Origin: Candidatus Woesearchaeota archaeon
GTDB taxonomy: Archaea > Nanobdellota > Nanobdellia > Woesearchaeales > UBA9642
Reading direction: 5' to 3'
Assembly (NCBI GenBank): GCA_038884715.1
Contig: JAWABG010000003.1
Span: 41,304-93,933 of the forward strand
Length of the DNA stretch: 52,630 nucleotides
Below, piece by piece: positions 38,384 to 47,500 of this stretch. The position numbers and the translations under genes are program-made. The notes under the pieces are model-generated. The model saw only the letters and a list, made by a program, of their open reading frames with translations. It was not told the origin of the DNA and searched no databases. Within the stretch, counting starts at the first letter, position 1. Every line of letters begins with the position of its first letter.

Positions 38384-38609
38384 AATTATTTTATAACTTA
38401 CTTCTTTATTAGAGGGGGATCAAATATTTTCCCAAAGAAATGACTTATATTAGTTGCATAGAATAAACATATAGAATAAATAATAGGTCCCTGGAAACTT
38501 CAAGAAAAATCAACAAATTATGAATAAAAAAACAACAGTAGCAATACCTATTAAAATTTCAAATTTTTTTGTTATCTTGTGAGAGATAATAAATTTCACT
38601 AATTCATAA

Positions 38610-39014
38610 TCATTCCGACGTAAAGCTATAGACAGAACTATAAAAGAGAACAGACCATTCATGAACGTTCAGATTGGCAATATTATAAGTAAGCCATTTG
38701 AATTTTTAAGGGAATATACTCCCACCATTAAACTTACTCCGAATAATGTGAATATTAAAAAAAAATCCAACTAGCCATTTTTCAAATTCACTTTTTTGCC
38801 TTTTCAAGAATACTTGGTATAATGATACTATTAAAACCTCCAAAATAAGGTAATGAAAACAACAGGATGAAAGGATGAACTAGAAAAAGTAAAAAAATTC
38901 TCTTGTTTCAATATAACTAAATAATAAAACAAAAGCAAAACCATATAAAAACAAAGTTAAATTGTCAAATCTGGGAATTATAAAACCTAATATCTTTTCA
39001 ACCACCTTGTTCAT
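38610..39014 (-). pseudogene. Decayed membrane-protein gene (one frame, interrupted by TAG, TAA and TGA)
   Basis: From the ATG at 39014: MNKVVEKILGFIIPRFDNLTLFLYGFAFVLLFSYIETREFFYFF, then TAG (38882-80), then 57 sense codons, TAA (38708-06), 31 sense codons and TGA (38612-10), all in the same frame. The content is hydrophobic. Confidence 0.3.
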
Positions 39015-39043
39015 AACAATATTTGAGTAAAATATCTATATAA

Positions 39044-39142
39044 ACTTATCTTTTCATTTACGCAATTGATGTTAAGAAAAGATTGAGAAAAGAACACTTA
39101 CTTAATCATTTGGATGTTGTTGAAATTGTTGCGGGCAAATAA
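39044..39142 (+). pseudogene. Displaced, diverged fragment of the 3' end of the YchF/Ygr210-like GTPase gene
   Basis: The fragment translates to TYLFIYAIDVKKRLRKEHLLNHLDVVEIVAGK-stop. The intact gene ends DHFIRAIDVKKKLTVGKEHKLNHLDVIEIISGK-stop at 38383. Same strand, about 0.7 kb downstream. Confidence 0.6.
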
Positions 39143-39186
39143 AAGAATTAATATAAAAATATTTAAAAAATTTAAGTACTCATTAA

Positions 39187-39438
39187 TTATTCATTCTTTG
39201 TATATAAGTTATAGACTATTCCTATACAAATTACAATTAATGCCGCTCCAAAGAATAATCTTGCCACATCAACTGGTTTTGAAGGTGTTTTTGAAACTAT
39301 TGGCTCATTCACAACAGCACCAGTTATACTATCACTAAAACTTACTGGTCCATAAATAACAGATATCATATAAATTACAGCGATTATTGCAACAACTGCA
39401 ACACCCAAAACGGCATAAAATTCTTTTTTATTTTCCAT
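39187..39438 (-). CDS. Small two-TM membrane protein, hypothetical
   Basis: 83 aa with N- and C-terminal TM helices (FYAVLGVAVVAIIAVIYMISVIY; LFFGAALIVICIGIVYNLY). The upstream acidic-protein ORF ends 11 nt before its start, on the same strand. Confidence 0.45.
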   Translation of the reverse strand: MENKKEFYAVLGVAVVAIIAVIYMISVIYGPVSFSDSITGAVVNEPIVSKTPSKPVDVARLFFGAALIVICIGIVYNLYTKNE

Positions 39439-39449
39439 TAAATCTCACC

Positions 39450-39917
39450 TTAATCTTCTTTTTTTTCTTTTGCTAATCCGTATTTTGTCAATACCGATTT
39501 GTAAATCTTGAAATCATCAGATTCTTTGAATTCTTTTAATTTTGTTTCGGGCATATATTTTAGCCATTCATAACTCATTTTTAAAACCTTCTTTGTGTCC
39601 TCATCAAGTTCGTGGTCGAGCTCTTCCTCTTCTATTATTTTCGCTTCCTCTGCTTCATTCGCAATTTTGAATTTGTTAATTAACCTTCTGAATAAACCTT
39701 CTTTTTGTCGTTCAATAGCCTCCTCTTCTTCTTCAAGTTCTTCTGCTTCTCTTTCTAGTTCAGCCATGTCTTCAATTTCTTTCTTTTCTTCTTCAACAGT
39801 CATTTTCTTCACTCCTCTGTCTTTATTCTTAAAAAAATTAAATAATCTGCCTCGCGCCTTCCTCTTTTTATTTCTAATATAATCAGTCAAATCCTTATTA
39901 AAATCATCCTTATCCAT
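39450..39917 (-). CDS. Acidic coiled-coil protein, hypothetical
   Basis: 155 aa with a basic N-terminus followed by E-rich helices (EREAEELEEEEEAIERQKE). No motif recognised. Confidence 0.45.
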   Translation of the reverse strand: MDKDDFNKDLTDYIRNKKRKARGRLFNFFKNKDRGVKKMTVEEEKKEIEDMAELEREAEELEEEEEAIERQKEGLFRRLINKFKIANEAEEAKIIEEEELDHELDEDTKKVLKMSYEWLKYMPETKLKEFKESDDFKIYKSVLTKYGLAKEKKED

Positions 39918-40030
39918 AAATCCAGCCTTTTTTTAAATATGCTTCGATCTTATAATCATAAAGAAATATATAAAGGTTGCGGATAATTTATTATAGAAAT
40001 ATCAAATTTAATATAAAAACGTTATAGAAC

Positions 40031-40184
40031 TGGGGATGCAGGGAATTTCAGATAAATTATTTATCCTTTGAACCCTGATCCGCTGGTATAGCCCTTTGTT
40101 AGTCATCACAAATATTTTTTATATTTGCTCATCGCTCCACAAAGACTGGAGCCAGCTATTCTAGCCAGGTTATACTACATCCCC
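40031..40184 (-). tRNA. tRNA-Trp(CCA) with two introns: 58 nt at 37/38 (40088-40145) and 22 nt at 59/60 in the T loop (40045-40066)
   Basis: Minus strand: acceptor GGGGATG/CATCCCC plus A73. Anticodon stem GCTGG/CCAGC with mature loop CTCCAGA. T-arm BHB: CAGGG-TTCA-[AAG]-GATAA-ATAAT-TTATC-TGAA-[ATT]-CCCTG, which gives the mature T loop TTCAAAT. The D stem is weak (G-U, U-A, A-A, U-G), which is the main uncertainty. Confidence 0.8.
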
Positions 40185-40462
40185 AGCAAAAAATAAGAAA
40201 TACAGAGATTTTATAAAGTTTATGACTATAAACATAACTCATAACTCAAAATATTTACGACTGAAAAAATCTATATAACTTTAAAAATATATTAAAGACA
40301 CATATAATTTTTTGACTTTAAGAATTTGCATTAATAAAAATATAATAAACTCTATTAAGTTGTAAATATCTGTTTTTTGTTAAAAAAAATCAGTAATTTA
40401 TAAAAGGTATTAATATATCAAGTGTTAGATTTTTTTTAGTAAAGCAAAAATAAAAAAACAAA

Positions 40463-42787
40463 TTATTTTTTTCTTTTTCCTGGTAGAGGTCTTCTATATG
40501 AATATATGGCTATTAAGAATATTAGGAATAAAATAAGTAGCAACGGAATTAGTATCAAATAATATTTTATTGCAGACATATACTGCATAAATGTTGGTTT
40601 AACAACCTGGACAACAGATAATGTTATTGGATCGCTTAACGTTTCTCCTCCTTGCGAGTCAAATGCAGTAATAATTGCTGTTTCTTTCCCATAAAAACCT
40701 TTTTTTGGAGTTAATATTAAAGTATCTCTAATAATTTCTGCTTCAATGTTTTCAACTCCACTAATGCTATATGTTAGTAAATCCATATCTGGATCATTGA
40801 AATAGTTTGAAAGATTAACTTTGTATTTTGTATCTTGAGGCCATTCAAAATAAAGAGCTGAACTGTTTGTTTCTGCATGGTAAGCCTTAGGAAGATCTGG
40901 TATTCCAAACACCACAACAAGTAATAAAGCAACAATTAACCATATGGCTAAAAGCCAATACATTAAATTCATGTTCTTCTCAATTCTTGTTGAGAATTTC
41001 ATTAAATACTTTGGTGCACGAATAATAGTTATTATTAGTAAAATTAACAGAATTAATAATATTAAGGCTAAAATAAAAATAATTAGTCTAGTTAAGTCAA
41101 AAAAAATGTATTCATATGCTTTTTCAAAAATATTTTTATCACGAATATGCAAAATGAGTGGAATTTCGTAAGTAATATTTGGAGTATATGTTCTTGCATA
41201 AAGGGTAATATTGTAATCACCAGGCCCAAATTCTTCATTTCTATTTAAAACAAAACTAATCCGTTTTTCTTCTTTTGAATTTAGTTCAACATTCTTTGTC
41301 TCAAGGTCAACCCAATTAGGAGTATCTGCTGTTAAAAAATAATCATTATATATGCGACCATCATTTCTTATTTTGTATAATACATTATTTGCGTCATATC
41401 TTGCTGTAACTTTTTTTATAGGAATATTAACATAATAGCAAGAATGACTTGATAATGATTTAACTTCAAAGCTCTGTGAAAATTTTAGATAACCAAAACT
41501 ATTTACAGTCACTGTAACATTAGAACTCTTATCAATATCTGGACTATCAAAAAATATTTTTGTGTGGTCGTATTCTCCTGGTTTTATAATAAAATCATTT
41601 TTTTCCGGAATAAAATCTTCATCTGTAATTGATATTGAAATATTTTCATCAAACTTTCCTAAATTTGTGAAATTCATCATGTATTCATATGTTCCTGGAC
41701 ATAATGGTTCTTTAGGAGTATCAAGATTCACAACTAAGTTCCAACAATTGACCTGCTCAACTTTTATTGGAAGTTCCTTCTTCACTTTTCCAAGCTCATC
41801 CTCAACAACAATTATGAGAGTGTGAAAACCAGGCTTTTTTTCTTTTTTAATAAGTATTTCTATCTGCTTATCCTCAAAACCATTAAGTATTACTTGTTTT
41901 AGATAACTAACTCTAAGACCATCCTGCACCTTTACAATAATTTTGTACTTATTTGAAAAGAATACTTCATTTTTAATATTAAAGTATACTTTTGAATCTT
42001 GAAATAGACATGCAATTTGTTCAGAATTAGCGTTTAGGGAATAAGAATAATTTTTTTCAATTCTTAGATTATGCTCGAGTTCAGCTTTCAATTTTGTTGT
42101 TTTAGTCTCTACAACAAAAGGTATTTTGTATTCTCCGTTTATATTGCAGTCAAATTTTAATGATACATTTATTTCTTTTAACTCTCCCGGTTTTAATTTA
42201 AACTGTTTTGATGAGTAATTAATATTTTCGTCATACTTGCTCTTTATGTTATATGTTTCTTCAAATGTTCCAATATTTTGCACATAAATAGTATATAATG
42301 CAGAATTGCAAGGATTAATGCTATTATTATATGCAATCATTGAGACTTTTAAATTCTGACATGGGCCAATGGTTAATTGTTTTTTAACTGATTTTACAAC
42401 ACCCAGATTTGAGCTAATAGTTAAAAGCATACTATCTTTTTTTTCAGTGCATAAATCAAAGACAGTTAATGTTATTATTTTTATTTCTCCTGGAGCGAGA
42501 AAAAAATTTGATTCAGAAAATAACACATAATCCAAGTTTGATTCAATAACAAAATTTGCAGGAAATGTGCCTGTATTTTTAATAAGCACTGTGTCTGCTC
42601 CAGAAGTGCAGCTACACACATTAAAAACAGAGCCAGTTGTTACAGAAAAATCTGTGCTAACTCCTCCAGGATTAACAATGATATCTGAAGCAGAAAATGG
42701 AATTATAAATGAAAAGAGCAGAATAGTTATAATACTAATTAATAATACTTTTGTTGTTAAAAAGCCATGGTTTTTGATGAATTTCAT
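40463..42787 (-). CDS. Multi-domain envelope membrane protein (CARDB/DUF11-like beta-sandwich repeats, central TM helices, C-terminal cadherin-like domain and anchor)
   Basis: N-terminal signal/anchor. Four modules carry the N-x-G-x-F motif (KNTGTFPANF, QNIGTFEETY, TNLGKFDENI, RNDGRIYNDY). TM helices LIIFILALILLILLILLIITII and LMYWLLAIWLIVALLLVVVFGI. Then a domain with FNDPDMDLLTYS, and a terminal TM helix YYLILIPLLLILFLIFLIAIY. Confidence 0.7.
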   Translation of the reverse strand: MKFIKNHGFLTTKVLLISIITILLFSFIIPFSASDIIVNPGGVSTDFSVTTGSVFNVCSCTSGADTVLIKNTGTFPANFVIESNLDYVLFSESNFFLAPGEIKIITLTVFDLCTEKKDSMLLTISSNLGVVKSVKKQLTIGPCQNLKVSMIAYNNSINPCNSALYTIYVQNIGTFEETYNIKSKYDENINYSSKQFKLKPGELKEINVSLKFDCNINGEYKIPFVVETKTTKLKAELEHNLRIEKNYSYSLNANSEQIACLFQDSKVYFNIKNEVFFSNKYKIIVKVQDGLRVSYLKQVILNGFEDKQIEILIKKEKKPGFHTLIIVVEDELGKVKKELPIKVEQVNCWNLVVNLDTPKEPLCPGTYEYMMNFTNLGKFDENISISITDEDFIPEKNDFIIKPGEYDHTKIFFDSPDIDKSSNVTVTVNSFGYLKFSQSFEVKSLSSHSCYYVNIPIKKVTARYDANNVLYKIRNDGRIYNDYFLTADTPNWVDLETKNVELNSKEEKRISFVLNRNEEFGPGDYNITLYARTYTPNITYEIPLILHIRDKNIFEKAYEYIFFDLTRLIIFILALILLILLILLIITIIRAPKYLMKFSTRIEKNMNLMYWLLAIWLIVALLLVVVFGIPDLPKAYHAETNSSALYFEWPQDTKYKVNLSNYFNDPDMDLLTYSISGVENIEAEIIRDTLILTPKKGFYGKETAIITAFDSQGGETLSDPITLSVVQVVKPTFMQYMSAIKYYLILIPLLLILFLIFLIAIYSYRRPLPGKRKK

Positions 42788-42860
42788 TTTTCATTTTCTC
42801 TAAAAAAAACATTTGAGGTGAAATTAGAGATAAAAAAGAAAAAAATACTAATAAAAAATA

Positions 42861-44144
42861 TTAGTAATATGTTTTGGTTTCCTCTTCTTTATTATCTGAG
42901 CTCTTTAACTTGTTGAATCCAACTATTAATCCAATAATTATCAAGATTATTACCAGAACAATCAAGCCCCATTGCAATGCGATTCTTACCTTTGTAAGAT
43001 CGGTCGTTGAGCTAGTTCCTTTTGCAATGTTTGCTGTTAAAGGAATTTGTTTTATCTCTTTTCCTGATTCAACATTAAGAGTGAAAACCTTTTGACCCTC
43101 TTCTGCTGTATCTAATGCAGTAAGTGAAACCAAAACTGTTTTGCTTGATTTTGCAGGAACTACAATAACACTTGAAGGATCAATCTTTGTCGTTGCCCAA
43201 TTGCCTGTACCACTAACAACTATTGTGTATGTTCTTTGAACATTTGCATCATTTGTTATGAGAACTGGGTATACAACACTTGCTCCTTTTTGCACATCTT
43301 GAGTAGGTGGAACTGCAACAGTTGTTCTATCTTCGATTTCTTCTTTAGCTGAACAAACAGGATCACTGATTACATTGATTGAATAAGTTTTCTCAGTAGT
43401 TTCATACTCATCAAAGTCTATCTTAACTTTTACATCATAAGTTCCTGGTTGTATACATTCAGGAATTCTTAAAAGTAATTCTTCGAATGAATCAGACTCA
43501 TCTTCATTCAATTCATCCATAAATTCAGAATCTTCTATATTTAGTGCAGGCATTCTTACTGTTGCTTTCAAATCTTCAAGGTCATCATTACCATAATTTT
43601 TTACTTTTACTTTTACCGTAAATGCTCTTCCTGCCATAACTTGTTGAGGGCTAAATGAAACATCTTTTATCATAACAGCATCCTCTTCATCAAGACCTTC
43701 AACATTAAGTTGATATGTTTTATCTAATAAATTTCCATCCCTATCTTCAACCCTTATTCTTAATTTGAAATAATCTTTATCCATTTTTATAGGAACTTTC
43801 AAGTTAAGAGTCTTTGTTACAATAGAATTTGCACTCATATCAAATGGTCTTGTAGTATCAGAAACTAGATCTTCTTCCTGTTCGCTATACCTGTAACCAT
43901 ATATGTCTGCTTCTATTTGAACATCATCTAAATCTTGCAATGCCTTAAATCTTATCTTGATTTCAAGATCTTCTCCTCTTGCATAATCATATGCTTCAAA
44001 ATGAGAGCCATTAAAAACATCAACTTCATCTCCATTTATTTTTACCCACTGAAAATCTGCTCTGTCTTCAGCTTTTACTGCGGTTACAAATAATGCAAAT
44101 ACAAATACTGCCAAAGAAAACAATACCAAATTTTTTCCATTCAT
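42861..44144 (-). CDS. Secreted, C-terminally anchored acidic surface protein (S-layer candidate)
   Basis: Signal peptide LVLFSLAVFVFALFVTAVKA, acidic beta-rich modules, a CARDB-like segment (VKVKNYGNDDLEDLKATV), and a C-terminal TM helix GLIVLVIILIIIGLIVGF plus a charged tail. Confidence 0.7.
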   Translation of the reverse strand: MNGKNLVLFSLAVFVFALFVTAVKAEDRADFQWVKINGDEVDVFNGSHFEAYDYARGEDLEIKIRFKALQDLDDVQIEADIYGYRYSEQEEDLVSDTTRPFDMSANSIVTKTLNLKVPIKMDKDYFKLRIRVEDRDGNLLDKTYQLNVEGLDEEDAVMIKDVSFSPQQVMAGRAFTVKVKVKNYGNDDLEDLKATVRMPALNIEDSEFMDELNEDESDSFEELLLRIPECIQPGTYDVKVKIDFDEYETTEKTYSINVISDPVCSAKEEIEDRTTVAVPPTQDVQKGASVVYPVLITNDANVQRTYTIVVSGTGNWATTKIDPSSVIVVPAKSSKTVLVSLTALDTAEEGQKVFTLNVESGKEIKQIPLTANIAKGTSSTTDLTKVRIALQWGLIVLVIILIIIGLIVGFNKLKSSDNKEEETKTYY

Positions 44145-44511
44145 CTTCCATTACCCCCAAATAATTTTTTAAATAATTTTTTAGATTATACTTATATTAT
44201 ACTATTTGTATAGTATCCTTATAAAAATTAACTAATATATAAATGTTTCGCTGAATAACCATTTTAGAGTGAATACTGTTTGTAATTATGATTCAGTTAG
44301 TTTTTATTAATATATTGATAATTATTAATTATAATTATTATTGAAAATTAATTGTTATTATAATTGTTATTACATTACTATGCAAACTTATCAAATTTTA
44401 TCTTTAATTTTTATAAAACTTTATTTATTATTATTTTTAACCAATTTATTTTTACTAATTTTCATTATTATTAAGCTTTAATATACAAACAAAAAAAAAC
44501 AAGATAAAAAA

Positions 44512-47500
44512 TTAATTAATTATTCTTAGATCCCTATACTTTACTCTCTTTATATCTCTATTCTGTATAACAATCTTTGCATTGTATAATCCTACTGGCT
44601 CGTTATAAAGATCAAAATCTAACTCAACATTGTCATCCTCTCCTTTTTCAATATTAAATCTGACTGATTGAGTCTTTATTCCAAGCTCGGGAATAATTAA
44701 ATAAAGCTCCAAGTCATCGAGATCGAAATCTCCTGTGTTTTCAATAAATACATTTAACCTCACTGTATCAGTTGTTTTTGCTCTAAATTTTTCACCGGCC
44801 TCAACACCGATTAAGTCGATATCTCCAATATACAATCTTGCTTCATCTTCTTCAACTTTTTCTCCCACAGTAATTGTTATTACATCAATATCTTGTAGTC
44901 CTGATTCATGAATTCCTGTAAGAGTTATCGTATGCCTGCCTCTGGATAAAAGTTGGGTGATTTTTCTTCCCGTACCTATATCACCATCAATACTTGATTT
45001 CCAATGTAATTGATCATCTCTTAAAGGAATATAATCTATTCCATCAAAATAACTGCCTGTTCCTGTAAACTGAATTGCTCTATTTTCAAAAAGAGTGCCA
45101 TCTGCAGGGCTAATTATTTTAACATCAACTTCTTGTGTTTTAACCACATATATTATAATACTGTCTTCATCAGTCATACCATCCTCATCTGTTGCTTTCA
45201 GTATAATCTGATATGTTCCTGGTTCTAGATCAATTATTTGCTCATCACCCTTACCAATAAAAATCCTTTCATAACTTAACGATTTTCTTATGTTCATAAT
45301 TGAATCAGTGTATTTACCACCACCCAAATCTGAATTTATAGAAACAATATCTTTAATTGGGTTTTCTTTACTTTGGATTATAACACCCGATATCTGAGAA
45401 GTATCATCAGATATTGACGCTACTTTTCTATGAACTTTATTTAAATCAATATAATACCAGCTTAGCTCTTCTGGTCTAAGTCTCCTTATGCTTTGTCCAT
45501 CAGTATCAGTACCATATCCTGTCAATTTTATTGGACTAAGTACTCTTGCATTATTTTTAGGACTGGTTATCACTGCTGTAGGAGGATAATTGTCTGGCGG
45601 TGATTCTAAAACAATAACTCTTATTGTATCATTACTACGTAATCCTTGACTATCTGTTCCAGTAAGAGTAATTATGTGGGTTCCAACACTCAAGTTGTGT
45701 TGAATAGTTCTTCCATACCCAAGAATACCATTTATACTAGAACTCCACTCTAGGCTTGAATTAGGTAATGGTCCATCTTCCACATCAAAACCTCTTCCAG
45801 TAAAAATAATAATTTCATTTTCTTTGAATTGTGAATTGTCATTTGGACTTAGTATAATAACGTTAGGCGGAGTATTTGGATGCTCGATCGGCAACACCTT
45901 TACCAGGACCCTACTGGCATCAGTTGCACCATCGAGATCTGTTAATATTAATGTAATATAAGCTTCACCAGGACTTGTTGCGATTAAGTGAAGCGTTTTT
46001 CCAACAACGTCTCCTGTAAAATAATTATTGTAAGGAATATCTGCTATCCAAGTCAAGTTTGAACCAGAGTCTTCAACATCATATTCATAATTTTGAAGTT
46101 CAAATGTTAGTGTTTCGTTTTCATACATTGTAACTTCTATAGGCATTCCTATTATGTCAGGTGGATTATTTCTAATACTAACACCGACCTGAGCTTCTCC
46201 TCCTTGTCCATTATTAAAAACAAATGCAAAAACAAAGCTATCTCCTAAAAAATCATGACTAGGAGGAATTGGCTCTAATTTATAGTAATAATAACCATTC
46301 TCAAAACTCATTCTTGTCAAATTCACTCTCCCACCAGGATGACTCACAAGAGCAGCCATAGATACAATTTCATTAGGAACAGTATTATTACCAAGGTCAA
46401 CTACTCTGAATTTTGCATAAAGGTTTTCCCCTCTAAAAAAATCATAGTCCTCATGCTGGAAATTTGAATCATTATATATTGTTAAATCAACTATTCTATA
46501 GGCTTGTGGAATTACTTGGAATCTGTATCGCGGCCAAGTATCATTATCAGGAATATATCCCTCTTTATGGGCTTCTGCATAAACAGTGAAATTACCTGTT
46601 CTGTTCATCTGTCTCTGGGCTTCACAACCTCCAGTAATTCTATCAGTTATGCATCTTCCGAACTCATCAGGATCATAAAAATAAATTATTACTTGCGCAC
46701 CACCCACTGGTTGACCTGTCTGTATATCACTAACATACACACTACAACTCTGGTTATGCCTTACAATTATACTGGGAAAACAAACTATACTTGAAACATT
46801 TAATCTATGCATTGGCTCATTGACATAAATAACTAGTGGTTCAGAAATATCATATAAATTTCCATCACTTACAGTAAGGAATGCAGTATATACACCTGTG
46901 TTTTGATAAATGTGAATAGGATTAGTCTCAGTAGAATTTTCTCCATCTCCGAAATCCCAATAATAAGTTATTGTATCCCTATCTGGATCATAACTTTGAT
47001 CTCCTCTAAAATGCACAATTAAAGGAGCATATCCCTGTTGAGGAGTTGCATTTGCAATTGCTATTGGCGCGTGGTTTTCATAAGGCAAGTTGTTTACAGT
47101 TACTGTAATATCCTGATAGTCCTGTAAGCTTCCATCACTTACATATACTCTTACAGTATAAACACCCTCATCTCCTTCGTGTGTTTGCCATGTAAATACA
47201 TTATTGCTCTGTTGAAATCTTGGATTATTTATACTAAACGTTAAGGTATCATTATCTGGATCACTTGCATATGCTCTTATAATTGCAATTTCGCCTTCAG
47301 TAATATTAATGTCACTTATATGCTCAAGTATTGGAGCCCTATTAACATTATTAACTGTAATATTTATTCTTTCACTATCAATGCCGCCTTCACCATCACT
47401 TACAATGAAGAAGACAGGATAAATTCCGGCTTGATTAAAATTTGGTCTCCAACTAAATTGCCATTCATTTGGATTTATTTCAGTAACAGTTGCACCTGTT

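Noticed and set aside
38610-39014. Possible stop-codon reassignment suggested by a long frame containing in-frame stops
   Set aside because: The frame is interrupted by all three stop codons (TAG, TAA, TGA), and every well-supported gene in the window terminates normally with them. A pseudogene is the simpler explanation.
39114-39338. 74-aa plus-strand track ORF
   Set aside because: Its 5' part overlaps the tail of the GTPase 3'-end relic, and the rest is antisense to the more plausible two-TM ORF 39187..39438. The translation is low-complexity (L/K/I/Y-rich).
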